64,000 nucleotides of DNA, from NCBI GenBank assembly GCA_964016885.1, contig OZ024744.1, positions 76,756,001 to 76,820,000 of the forward strand. The letters are read 5' to 3'. Of this stretch, positions 27,103-39,138 are shown one piece after another. The notes under the pieces are model-generated. The model worked only from the letters and a program-made list of their open reading frames with translations, had not been told where the DNA came from and did no database searches. The DNA is from Eledone cirrhosa (Eukaryota). Position 1 is the stretch's first letter; every line of letters begins with the position of its first letter. Made by a program: the position numbers and the translations under genes.

Positions 27103-28430
27103 TGGGGGATTTCACAATCGGGGTTCCCACGTCTTGAGGAAAGCTCTCCCGAATTTCTTTGAAGGAATCGAGTGACATTCGGACCAGAAGCAAATCTTCT
27201 GGCACGCAAAATGTGCTCATTTCAAAAATCTTCCCCTCTGTTTGAATGTCCTCGCTTCGTGCTAAGAGGGCCATCAGTTTATCGTTGGCCCTTCTGACAA
27301 GCACGAAGTTTTTAACATTTTGTTGGTGTGGTTTTATTTGTTTTCGTTTTGGTATCTGTGGTGGTGATGGTTTTGGTGGTGTTGTTTCGGGTATGTCTGT
27401 GTTTGTTGTAGGTGTGGTGTCTGCAATTTCAGGTATTTGTGTGTTTATTTGTACTTGTGTTTGTTTAGGTTGTTTGCGTTTCAGGGATTGTGGGAGTGGT
27501 GTCGATGTTGCTGTTGGTGCTGATGTTATTGGGGAAGTGTTTGCGTTAGTGGTGTCTGTATTTTTTGTTGTGTATGTTTTTGTGTTTTGTTGGGGCTTTT
27601 TGGGGTGAGTTTTCTCTGTTTCTTTTGCACTTTTGGGTTTTCCTTCATCTTCGCTGGTGGAAGACAAAGGGTCTGTGGCTGTGAGTGTCTCTGTGTCTAT
27701 GTGTGCGTTTATTGTTTTGTCTATGTGTATAATGGGGGGGGTAGGGGAGTGGTAGAGCCTTCCTCGTTTTCCCTTGGATTGGTTTCAGTGTTGGTGGTGG
27801 TCCGGCTGTTTTTGATGTTGGTGTCCGGGTCTTTGTTGGTGTTGTTTTTGGTGGTGGTGGTGGTGGTGGTTCAGCTTTCCGTGCTGACACTGGCGTTGGC
27901 AACAAAGGAGGTTTGCGACCCCCTGCATTTTTGCGCTGAGCGCAGAAGGCTTGTAGATGCGTTGCTTCCCGGCAGACGAAGCAGTGTGGCCTTCTTCCGT
28001 CAATCATTAGTTGGATTGTTGTCCTGTCCTGCAGGCGGGCAAAATCCGGGATGTTGTTTATGTCCTCCGGTTTCATTTGGAGAAGAATCTCCAAATCCAT
28101 TCCGGACCAGTCTTCTCTCTCTGTCCTTTTGCTATCCAGGAGCGTAGTGTCTGTCCCCTCCTCGATTACGCATCCCAGCAGCCACCATATGTTCATTCCT
28201 GGTGGGTTGCTGGGAATGCGGACCTTTACTGTCCTTTTACCCATGTAGGACGGGTGCATGATAATGCGTTCCGTTCTGCAGGGGGTCACCGAGTGTTTAA
28301 TAGCAAGGGCCTCGGTTTTGAACAGTACCGAGATGGTACCGAACTGTTTGGCTCTTGCTTTATACTCTATATTACTTCCGATGCACTCCAAAGCAGCCTC
28401 GACCTCTGCTTGGCTGGCAAGTCCGAGGTC
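27103..28430 (-). mobile_element. Inverted ORF1 region of Tx1 family B
   Basis: Minus-strand ORFs 27645-28547 (RRPHCFVCREATHLQAFC) and 27074-27667 resemble family A ORF1 and abut a plus-strand ORF2. Confidence 0.8.
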
Positions 28431-31400
28431 GAACCACCAAACCTTCACAAGACCCCGGGAGGTAAGTAAATCTTCCCTCTCTCTTTTAGCTTGCCAACAT
28501 GACCATATTAAAAGTAGGAAGTTTAAATGTTCGCGGTCTGGGGTCACCTTGGAAGCAGGGTCGCCTGCTCAACGACCTCAGGTCGCTGGAAATGGATGTG
28601 ATTGCCGTCAGCGAGACCAGAATTTCCGACACGGGCGCACTAGCCCCCATTTTCGACGACTATCAGATTTTCGCATCTGTTAGCAGGCCGGGAATGGGAG
28701 GTGGGGTGGCAGTGGTGTTTAGGAAAGGACTGGATCTCGAGGTAAGGTCGATCTTCCGGGACCCGGACGGTAAGTTGGTGGTCTTGGATGTGAGCAGTAG
28801 CGAAGGTGGTGCCTTTAGACTGCTGGCCGTCTATGCCCTACAGGGGCCGGACGACCGGACATCTTTAGGCGCCTAGAGACCTTTCTGGGTACCCCTCGCT
28901 TTTTACTGTTAGCGGGGAACTGGAATGGCATCTTAGACGCACGCTGGGATTGTGTGGGAGTAGCTGATAGGAGCGGGGGGTGCAAAAGCCTCAAGCACCT
29001 ACAACAGTTCCAACTGTCTGACAGGTATCGACTAGATTTCCCCAATGTGCCAGTATGGACATGGCCCAACCGAATGGGGTCATCTAGATCGTATATAGAC
29101 AGGATCTTCATTACGAAAATAGATAGAAATAGTGTAGGCTGCCCACTTTTTAAAACGGTCGCCTATTCAGATCACAAATTTGTGATCTGTATGGTCGACC
29201 TAGATAAAACGCGTAGGTTGGGACCGGGTTACTGGAAGCTAAACGTGTCATTTCCGGCACGCAAGGCTTACAGGGACCGCGTCAACAATTTAGTTAAGCA
29301 AAAGTTAACAGGGAGGGGGGGGGATCATCAACAACAGATGGTAAGGGCTCTCAAAAGAGAAATTAGAGTAACTTCGATAGAGTTCAGCAAAGAACTAGCG
29401 TTAGAAAAAAATAGAAAGGAGGGGGAGCTGGTAGATAAGTTAGACGAGGCTATTTGTAGTGGCATTGCAACTGACGCGCTAGCGGCGAGAATGGCATTAG
29501 ACCATTTCTTCAATGCGAAACACGAAGGTTGCATTGTCAGAGCTAAGGCGCGGGCGCTGAGAAACGAGGGAACCAAAGCTGTTCGATGGGCCCGCGTGGC
29601 GGAAGCGCAGCGTGGTAATAAAACCAGACGGACACGAGACGGACACGAGATAAGCGATTCCAAGCGGGTGTGTGAGGCCTTTCGCTAGCACTTTGCTCGG
29701 TTGTTCGGGGAGAGTGGCGAGTCAGAGAGAGTAGCGGATTTCAGTCCCTACCTTGACGGTTTGCCGCGCATCTCGACGGTCGACGCTGAGCGCTGCGAAA
29801 GGCCGATTACTTCAGCCGAAATTCAGGACCCCCTTGTCGGCTGCATGAGGCGCAAGTCACCCGGTTTGGATGGCCTGCCTTACGAGCTTTACGTAAATAT
29901 GCCAGACTTGTTCTCCGATCTCCTCGAAGCACTCTACTGCAACTGGCAGCAGAATGGGAGTATTCCCAGTTCTGTGAGCAGCGGAGTGGTGACGCTGATA
30001 AGGAAAGACGAGAACAAGAGGGATACATTAGACAACTTCAGGCCCATAACTCTGCTCAACACAGAGTTTAAGATTTTGACTAAGGTGTTTGCAAAGAGAT
30101 TGGCGCTTGTCGTCGAGGATTTGGTTGGGGAGGCGCAAACTTGCGCAATCTCATCCAGGTCCATACACGACAATCTCCACCTCATGCGATACATCATAGA
30201 GAGGGTAGGGTGTAAACCTGGCTTCGGTGGGGCACTGATCAATTTAGATCAATCGAAAGCATTCGATAAGGTCGACCATCGGTATCTGAAATTTGTCCTC
30301 AAAGCAGCTGGATTCGGCCCTGTCTTCAGACGCTGGATCGCTGCAATGCACAGCGGCACACGCTCGGTGGTCAAGGTTAATGGACACCACTCGGAACCAT
30401 TTTGGCTCTCCCGATCGGTCCGTCAAGGGTTCCCTCTCTCTTCCCTTCTGTACGTATTGACTCTCGGGCCTTTACTGCGGAAGCTCGAACTGGGACGTGG
30501 AAAGGCGGTGTCGGCTTATGCGGACATCACCGTGATGGTGTCGAACACCTCAGAAATCGAGGTGGTCGGCACCTTATTGAAGGAATATGAAAGGTTGACA
30601 GGAGCCAAACTTAACCCGGAAAAGTCGGTGGGCTTGCAGCTCGGAACCTGGAGAGGCAAGCCCATGCCGTCCAACAGCCTCGTGGGCTATGGACGGACGG
30701 ACCGGTAAAGTTGCTCGGGGTTTGGTTCGGACCAGACCTCCAGGTGGAAAAGAATTGGGACGAGGTAACGAACAGAGTAGCCAGTCTCACGCAAAAATGG
30801 GCTGGGAGGAAGCTATCACTGAAAGGTCGCGCGGAGGTGGCGAATGCGTACATCGCGTCCGTCATCTACTACCGCCTGACCGTCGTGCCTTGCCCCCGTC
30901 CGCGCCTCGTCAAGTTGGAACGGCTCCTCTTCAAATACTTGTGGAGGGGACAAGTTCCGTTGGTGAGGCGTTCCATCTGTTGCCAGCACCCTCTACACTG
31001 AGGGCTGGGCATGCCATGGCTAATGATGCGCAGACATGCGTTGAGGCTGCGACATCTCCAGATATTCTGCCTAAATGGTGAACAGGTGTTGTCGCCGTTT
31101 ATCAGACGGGCCTTTCCGCAGCTCGTTTCTTTGACTGAGCTGCAGTCCTGGGTCAAGAAGAGACCGAGACTGGGTGACTGGCACCTGGAAAGTTGCCAGG
31201 CACTCACTACCCTCTACCAAGTGGGCAATGCGATCAGTGGAACCTCCACTCACGAGTTCTATAGAGGATTAGTGGTTGGCAAGTGCGATGACGCACTCGG
31301 AGAATCTTTGGGCCTCGACGAAGTCCAACTGACCAGTCTGTACGGGAGGACTTTCCAGCCGGGGACGATGGACAATTTCCAGAAACCCCTCGCTTGGCAG

Positions 31401-32145
31401 TGCTACCGGGGGGCACTGCCGGTTCGGGATAAACTCTACAGGCACAGAAGTGCTGTCAGACGGACCTGCCCAAGATGCGCACAGAACGACGAAACCGTTC
31501 TGCACGCACTTGTCCAATGTCCGTCCATTACTGACTTATGGAGTTATGTCGAACAGCTACTGTCGCGTGTGGAACGAATCCGGCTATCGGCCGAGTCCAT
31601 AGTGAAGATCGACCCGCCGCCTTCCTTAGGTCAGGAAGAGCAGGCAATTTTCCTGTCTGATGGCAGTTACGAAAGAGGTTATATGGTGGACCATATTAAA
31701 AGGACTGAAGACAGACACTTTTCTCTTCGGCCAATCCCTCATCAACTTCTTTAAGTTTCACCTGGAAAGAAGGTGAGGGTGGAGAGAGAGGTGTTGCCCC
31801 CCAGTACATTTGCTAAAAGGTGGATGAATGTGGCGAGAATGGCGCGTGTGAATGGGCCTATAGGCTAGCTAACTTGAGGAGAGGGGTGCTCTCCCTGGGT
31901 GCCCTAGAAGCGCAGGGTGGTTCAGGATTGGTGGGGTACCCGAGTCACCCCTGGGTCGTCCACCCCCTATAGGGGAATTTATTTTGTTATATTTATGCAT
32001 AGTTTATTTTATATTTTTATATCTTCATTGTTAAATTAGTCTTGCCATTGTGCACTTTTACTCGACCTTATTGTAAACCCACACTGTCCCTGTCTTTGTA
32101 TTGTCCCCTACATGTCGGCCCTTGTGGCTAATAAATGAAATCATT
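28430..32145 (+). mobile_element. Tx1-clade LINE family B, ORF2 (from 28499) and 3' UTR, decayed
   Basis: SLNVRGL, SDH, GYWKLN, NFRPITLLN, LDQSKAFD, YAD, CPRC; ends aataaatgaaat + (ATT)n. Confidence 0.92.
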
Positions 32146-32171
32146 ATTATTATTATTATTATTTATATTAA

Positions 32172-32537
32172 GGGCGGTGGATGAGCAGTATCGGTAGAGG
32201 GTCGGATGCCATGTTTTGCAGCATAGAGTTACGGCCCTTTATGATCTGAGTTCAACCGAGGTTAGCTTTGCCGTTCTTCCTTACGGGGACGATAAAATAA
32301 AGTACCATTAATACACTGGGATCAATTTAATCAACTTTCTCCTCTCCCAAAATTGCTGGCCTTGTGCCTATAGTAGAAACTATTATTATCATTTATATCA
32401 AGGGCGGTGAATTGGCAGTATCAATAGAAGGTCGGATGCCATGCTTTCTAACATGGAGTTACAGCCCATTATGATCTGAGTTCAAATCCTGTTGGGGTTA
32501 ACTTTGCCTTTCATCGTTATGGGATAAATAAAATAAA
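32172..32537 (+). mobile_element. Two tandem Meta-domain SINEs
   Basis: Copies start at ~32172 and ~32402. Confidence 0.85.
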
Positions 32538-32714
32538 CTCCTCATGTGTGAATTAATAGTATTCGTTTGGTATAGACGATGGCCTGTCGAAATTGTAGAC
32601 TTCCCGCTATCAAACCCGGGGCCTAGGGTAGCTACGTTCCTACGTTTTGGCATGTTATCCTGGTACTTTATTTTATAAAGTACACTGGTGCATTACTTTT
32701 GGCATCTATTATCC

Positions 32715-33525
32715 TGGTACTTTATTTTATTTATCCCATAACGATGAAAGGCAAAGTTAACCCCAACAGGATTTGAACTCAGATCATAATGGGCTGTAAC
32801 TCCATGTTAGAAAGCATGGCATCCGACCTTCTACTGATACTGCCAATTCACCGCCCTTGATATAAATGATAATAATGGTTTCTACAAGGCAGCAATTTGG
32901 GGGGAGGAGAAATTCGATTAAATTGATCCCAGTGTATTACTGGTACTTTATTTTATGAACCCCGTAAGGATGAAAGGCAAAGCTAACCTCGGTTGAACTC
33001 AGATCATAAAGGGCCGTAACTCTATGCTGCAAAACATGGCATCCGACGCTCTACCGATACTGCTAATCCACCGCCCTTAATATAAATAATAATAATAATA
33101 ATAATAATGATTTCATTTATTAGCCACAAGGGCCGACATGTAGGGGACAATACAAAGGCAGGGACAGTGGGGGTTTACAATAAGGTCGAGTAAAAGTGCA
33201 CAATGGTAAGACAAATTAAACAATGAAGATATAAAAAATATAAAATAAACTATGCATAAATATAACAAAATAAATTCCCCTATAGAGGGTGGACGACCCT
33301 CGGGTGACTCGGGTAACCCACCAATCCTGAACCACCCTGCGCTTCTAGGGCATCCAGGGAGAGCACCCCTCTCCTCAAGGTAGCTAGCCTATAGGCGCAT
33401 GGTCAGAGTAGGCCCATTCACACGGACCATTCTCGCCACATTCATTCACCTGTTAGCAAATGTACTGGAGGAGGGGGCAGCACTTCTCTCTCCTCCCTCA
33501 CCTTCCTTTCCAGGTGAAACTTGAA
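32715..33525 (-). repeat. Inverted duplicate of ~31750-32537 (Tx1 3' end plus two SINEs)
   Basis: Same LINE-SINE-SINE junctions in reverse complement. Confidence 0.9.
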
Positions 33526-34013
33526 GAAGGGTAGCTACGTTCCTAGAGTACTCGGAAAAATTAATTTCCATTTCTTTCGCTACACGATTGGACGATACCA
33601 CTCGAAACTGGCTGACACGTGGTTAGGAGGTGCTGGCTGGGATTCACAATCGAAGGCTTTAATCTTTACTCTATTATCCCACCCTGATATCTTATCGAGA
33701 GTAACTTTTTCATATAAGACTCTCTCTGTAAGTTCATTAAATACATTTTTTTATTTTTTATTTTTTATTTTTTATTTTTTATTTTTTATTTTTTATTTTT
33801 TTCAAATTTTCAATTTATTATTTTTTTATATAATTTCATCCTATAACTCGTAACATAAGTTTAACGTTCCAATTTTCTGTTCACACATTAGACCATACGG
33901 ACACCCATTATATATGCCTTTGTTAAAATATAGATTCTTTGGAATAACATTTTTCGCGGCGTTTTCTAGCTTGATTGTAGTGTGACCCTTACGCTGACTT
34001 CTTTCTTTTTTTC

Positions 34014-34044
<31 letters not shown>

Positions 34045-34237
34045 CCTTTTTTATTCTTTGACGGAGAGGTGGTGGTACATTATAAGCCTTCGCCCCCTCA
34101 CCAGATGGTCATTAGCAGACCGAGTAGCCATCATTTTGAGGGCGACTGGCCGAGGTGAAAGCAGTTAGTTGGTCAGTCGTCCTCTTTGTCTCTGATTTTT
34201 CGGACCCAAGATTTTTACATATTCCTTTATATTTCGA

Positions 34238-34295
34238 ATACCTGATGAAATCACCGGATTCATATGGAACCCGGTCATTGAAATGATCATAGTAT
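34238..34295 (+). ncRNA. Minimal hammerhead ribozyme
   Basis: atac-CTGATGA-aatcaccgg...ccggtcatt-GAAA-tgatca-TA-gtat; palindromic stem III; (TA)n about 50 nt downstream. Confidence 0.85.
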
Positions 34296-34346
34296 AATAA
34301 ACCTTTCAAGGATTTACACCAGTCCAGCCTCCTGTTATTTTTATTG

Positions 34347-34400
34347 ATATATATATATAAATATATATATACATACATATATATACATACACATATACAT

Positions 34401-34452
<52 letters not shown>

Positions 34453-34473
34453 GTGTGTGTGTGTATATATATA

Positions 34474-34526
<53 letters not shown>

Positions 34527-34542
34527 ATATATATATATATAT
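34347..34542. repeat. (TA)n/(CA)n/(GT)n microsatellite
   Basis: Direct reading. Confidence 0.95.
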
Positions 34543-34874
34543 AAATGTTAAAGGATTAAATCATTCTAGTTTGATGTTTCTGTCTGCAGGAATCGTCAGT
34601 TGGATGGGTCTGGCATAAAACTCCTCCTCTGCAAAATAGTTCAAAAGCTAAGCTGAGCTAAGCTATGTTAAGCTAAGTTAAACTAAGCAACAATTTTCAT
34701 ACATAATTATCTACTATTCCATCAGTTCTTACATATTTCTCTGTCCTTTCGATAGAGGTGACATTTTCATTCTTCCTATTTAGGATAGTTTTAGCTGAAT
34801 GTCATTTAACATTGTGCTGCACCAATCTGCCTCCATCGCTGGCAGCAAAATGATTCACTTAATTCTATAGTAGC

Positions 34875-35415
34875 ACACACGCATACACACATACACATAC
34901 ACACAAATACATATACACACAAATACACACAGACATGCACACACACACACACACACACATTTTTTCTCTCTCTCCCTCTTCCTACCCTCGGTCTCTCTCT
35001 CTCTCTCTCTCTCTCTCCTCCTTCCCTGCCTCGGTCTCTCTCTCTCTCTCTCTCTCTTCCTTCCCTGCCTCGGTCTCTCTCACTCTCTCCTCTCTCTCTC
35101 TCCCTCATTCCCTCTCTCCTCTCTCTCTCCCTCATTCCCTCTCTCCTCTCTCTCTCCCTCTCTCTCTCCCTTTCTCTCTCTCCCTCGGTCTCCCCTTCTC
35201 TCTCCCTCTCTCCCTCTCTCTCTCTTCTCCCTCGGTCTCTCTCTCTCTCTCTCTCTCTCCCTCCTTCCCTCCCTTGGTCTCTCCTCTCTCACTCACTCCT
35301 TTCACTATTCCTCTTTCCCTCCCTCGGTCTCTCTCAATATATATATATATATATATATTCCCTCCTTTGGTCTCTCCCTCTCCCTCACTCCCCCCACACT
35401 CCCCCTCTCACTCTC
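34875..35415. repeat. (CA)n then CT-rich low-complexity tract
   Basis: Direct reading. Confidence 0.9.
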
Positions 35416-35597
35416 GCTGTCAGATTTGTACATATCTGGCAAATAACTTGATCTGAGATCATATGTTGAAACTAAAACAATTACATCGTGGCAGAGTCGT
35501 TTAAAACACTCATATACAGCTATATTCATTTTAGCTTTGTTTTTAGCTTTATATGTATATATTTTTTTTTACTCTAGTGTTATATTATATCCTATTA

Positions 35598-35715
35598 GGC
35601 ATGTGGCTGAATGGTTAGAGAATTGCATTCGCAATCGTGAGGTTGTGAGTTCGATTGCTGGACCAGGCGATGCGTTATGTCCTTGAGCAAGACACTTTAT
35701 TTCACGTTGCTCCTT
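35598..35715 (+). mobile_element. tRNA-derived SINE (CORE-like domain)
   Basis: A box tggctgaatggt, B box gagttcgatt, then gtccttgagcaagacactt. Confidence 0.65.
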
Positions 35716-35967
35716 CTACCTGGAGTTGCGACCGATAGATAGTATTAGCAATTGGAAAGACCAACGGAAACATTGTTTCCTCGGTTCGATTTGTCGAAAG
35801 TCGATCGTTCCTCTTAGGTATCAAGTATCAAGTATCCCTCCTCTAACATTAGTTAGTTATTTGTCCCCTGTCAAACACTGATCCAGCAGACTTATGATTG
35901 AAAATGATTATCCCATTTTTTATTTATTTAACCCATTAGCATTTACATTACTCTATATTTACTAATT

Positions 35968-37672
35968 GGTAGTATCGGGAGAGGTTCGGACGCCATGCTG
36001 TGCAGCATAGAGTTACGTCCCTTTACGGTCTAAATTCAAATTCTACCGAGGTTAATTTTGCCTTTCATCCTTACGGGGTCGATAAAACAAAGTACCAGTA
36101 ATACACTGGGATAATTGCTAGCAGTGTGCCAAAAATAGAAACATAATTATTTCACTTAATATTGAATATTTGAGATTTATTTGAGAACAATACTTTAACA
36201 TCAGTATGACCAGACTGTTATGGCTGGTTTAAACAGAAAGAAGTGAGATAATTCTGCCAGATACAGCCGATATAAATGCTAAAGTGTTAAACATAGTATA
36301 TCCAGAAGTAAGGCAGCAAATTGACAGTTGTAAGAATGTCAGATAGAATGCTGTGTGGTATTTGTTCCGCCTCTCTGCTCTCTGAGTTCAAATCCCATCA
36401 AGGACAACTTTACCTTTCATCCTTTCGAGGTTGATAAAAAAAGTGCCAGTCTAGTACTGGGGTCGATTCTTCCTCTATATCTCTTTCTCACTTCCTCTCT
36501 CTCACTTTCTTTCTATCTTTCTCTGGAAGAACTCTGTTGTATTCAGACCAGGAGAGTAGATGGGCTCTGCCAGGCTTAAAAGGCCCAAGATATACTGCAT
36601 GTCAATACGGCACCCTTATGGCTCCCTAAGGAGCTACGAGAAAAGGGAAAGGATTTTCAGAACTACATTATCTACAGTATCATTATTTTGTTAAAATAGA
36701 AATATGTGATTCAGGGAGATATTTGGCTACTATTTCTAGTCAGTCATATGCCTATGTAAAAAAGAAAAATCCATTATTGGCTTATGTTAGTTAAATTGGA
36801 TTATGTACACATTGTTTATTTAGAAGTGGATTGGCAGAATCGGTAGAGCACGTGACAATATGCTTTGCAGCATAGACTTACGATCCTTTACACTCTGAGT
36901 TCAAATCCGGCCGAGGTTAGCTTTAACTGTTATCCTTACGGGGTCAATGAAATAAAGTACCAGTAATGCACTGGAGTCGATTTAATCGACTTTCCCCTCC
37001 ACCCCCAAAATTGCTTCCCTTGTACCTATAGTAGAAATCATTATTTATTTATCCCGTGAGGGCAGTGGATTGGCAGTATAAGTAGAGAGTTGGACGCCAT
37101 GCTTTGCAGCATAGAGTTACGGCCCTTTATGATCTGAGTTCAAATCCCACTGAGGTTAACTTTGCCTTTCATCCTTACTGAGTCGATAAAATAAAGTACC
37201 AGTCATGCACTGGGGTCAATTTAATCGACTTTCCCCCTCTCCCAAAAAAGGTGGCCTTGTGCCTATATAAGAAACCGTTATTTAGTTATCCATTGGTCAA
37301 CAAGATCTCAGGCCTTATTTGCTTACATAGTAAGATGGAACTTGTCAAATCAAATCAAGGAAATAATGTTTTTTTTTTTTCCTATTGGTATTTCCATTGC
37401 TGATACTATCTGTTGGTCGCAATACTGTAAAAAAATTCAATTATCATGTTTGGATTGATTTTAACATGTTTGATAAAAGATTTGCTTAATCAAAACTGAC
37501 CTAAGGTTAAACAACAACAAATGGTGTATCATCATTTCATCATTATTTCTGTTTAGTATGAGTTCAAATCTCGCCGAGGTTAACTTTGCCTTTCATCCTT
37601 ACGGGGTCGATAAAATAAAGTACCAGTAATGTACTGGGTTATTGCTGGCCTTGTGCCAAAAGTAGAAACAAT
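35968..37672 (+). mobile_element. Cluster of about five Meta-domain SINE copies
   Basis: Copies at ~35968-36145, ~36310-36470, ~36826-37040, ~37060-37278 and ~37558-37672. Confidence 0.8.
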
Positions 37673-37889
37673 TATTTCTGTTTAGCATCAATTCTTCCTC
37701 GCTTGCATGAGTTAGACGGGTTGTTCATGCCAGGGGGCAAGTCTGGCCAGGGTTGGCTATGTTGCACCTTACTCCAGCAAGGACTGTAAATTTGGCCGGG
37801 TATTTTACAGTTGGACACCCTTCCTAAATGTTACAAAAAGAAAAGAGAACATTAATAAATAGAATTTGCAAATATGAATGAGTGCATAC

Positions 37890-38045
37890 ATGGCTTTATA
37901 GGTAAGTGGCTTGCTTTACAATATCAGGGTTCTGTTTTCAATCCCACTGTGTAGTACTTTGGGCAAGTAGCTTTATTTATAGCCTAGGGTTGGTTAAGAC
38001 TCTGCAAATAGAATTTGATAAAGAGAAATAGTGAATAGGCCAGTT
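37890..38045 (+). mobile_element. Decayed tRNA-derived SINE
   Basis: tggctttataggtaag...ttcaatcccactg...ttgggcaagt. Confidence 0.45.
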
Positions 38046-38059
38046 ACATATATATATAT

Positions 38060-38884
38060 AGTGGTAGAACACTGGAAGGTAATATCCGTAGTGGTAGAGC
38101 ACTCAGTCAATGGGACGAGTTAGGTAGAAGTGGTTACACAACAGTTAGTTCACCATACTGAGAACAATTGTTTCACTTTAGCGGATTCTCAGCTCGTAAT
38201 GGGCATGGTTATACGGAACAGGAAGGACAACCGTACGAACGCGCATACGCAGAAACCCGTCACTTCACACAGGCAATACTAAAATGCGTGCGAGAGGTGT
38301 AAGGGAGATAACTGCGAGAGTCCGAAAAGTTTTTAGTTGATAAGAAAAAATATTGATGTTGTTACAATAATTCATTCAATCCGGAGCTTTGTAGTTATGC
38401 AATAGGTGCTTCGAGACGTGTAGACAACGTGTGAAAAATTCATTTCTCGTGTTTAAGCAATCACTATTGCATAATCTATTTATAATATATATTCGTTCGT
38501 CAATACACAGTCCACACGATGGATTTTCCCTTGCGTATGGATTGGACTTAGTGATGGCTTTCCATTGAATGGAGTAGTCTATACTTGAGTCCTTGAGGGA
38601 CCATACGTGGGTCGCGAGTTTCGTGGATGAACGTCTGTCCGGGTACCTAAAGGTCGACTGATGGTTCAGGAAACGTTCCTTAAATCCGCCCTCCGCCATG
38701 CCCATATAGGATTTGACCTCCTGTGGTTGGTTTGGTCGGTTGGAAGTGACCACAGCTTCATAAATTACAGCTGGTGTGTTGCATTTCTGTTGAAGGGGGA
38801 AAGCTTCGGGCTTACGGCAAGAGCACCCTGGTGGGGTGTTGCTCCTAGGGCTGCTGGTGATGTGGGCCTTCATGTTCTTAGCGC
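38060..38884 (-). mobile_element. Inverted 3' pLTR/GIY-YIG copy at the 5' side of the Naiad-like element
   Basis: Reverse complement of 40738-41496 plus 38885-38985; its HHR (38152-38209) has the mutated core CTGAGAA. Confidence 0.9.
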
Positions 38885-39138
38885 GGTATGGTGAACTAAC
38901 GGTTGTGTAACCACTTCTACCTAACTCGTCCCATGGACTGAGTGCTCTACCACTCCGGATATTACCTTCCAGTGTTCTACCACTATATCGTCTCCAGCGC
39001 CGGTCAGCAGATACTCTTCACTCCGTAGAAGTTTGGCTTTTAGCAGATTCTTCACCACGTGCTAGTTTGGCTTACTACCCTGAGAGCGCTCTCTATATCC
39101 TCGTGTCCTACACAATTTTGTGTCTCATCAACGTCAGT

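Noticed and set aside
34561-34865. Possible minus-strand host exons
   Set aside because: Splice-like signals are present, but stops occur in all frames of the larger segment and there is no recognisable protein
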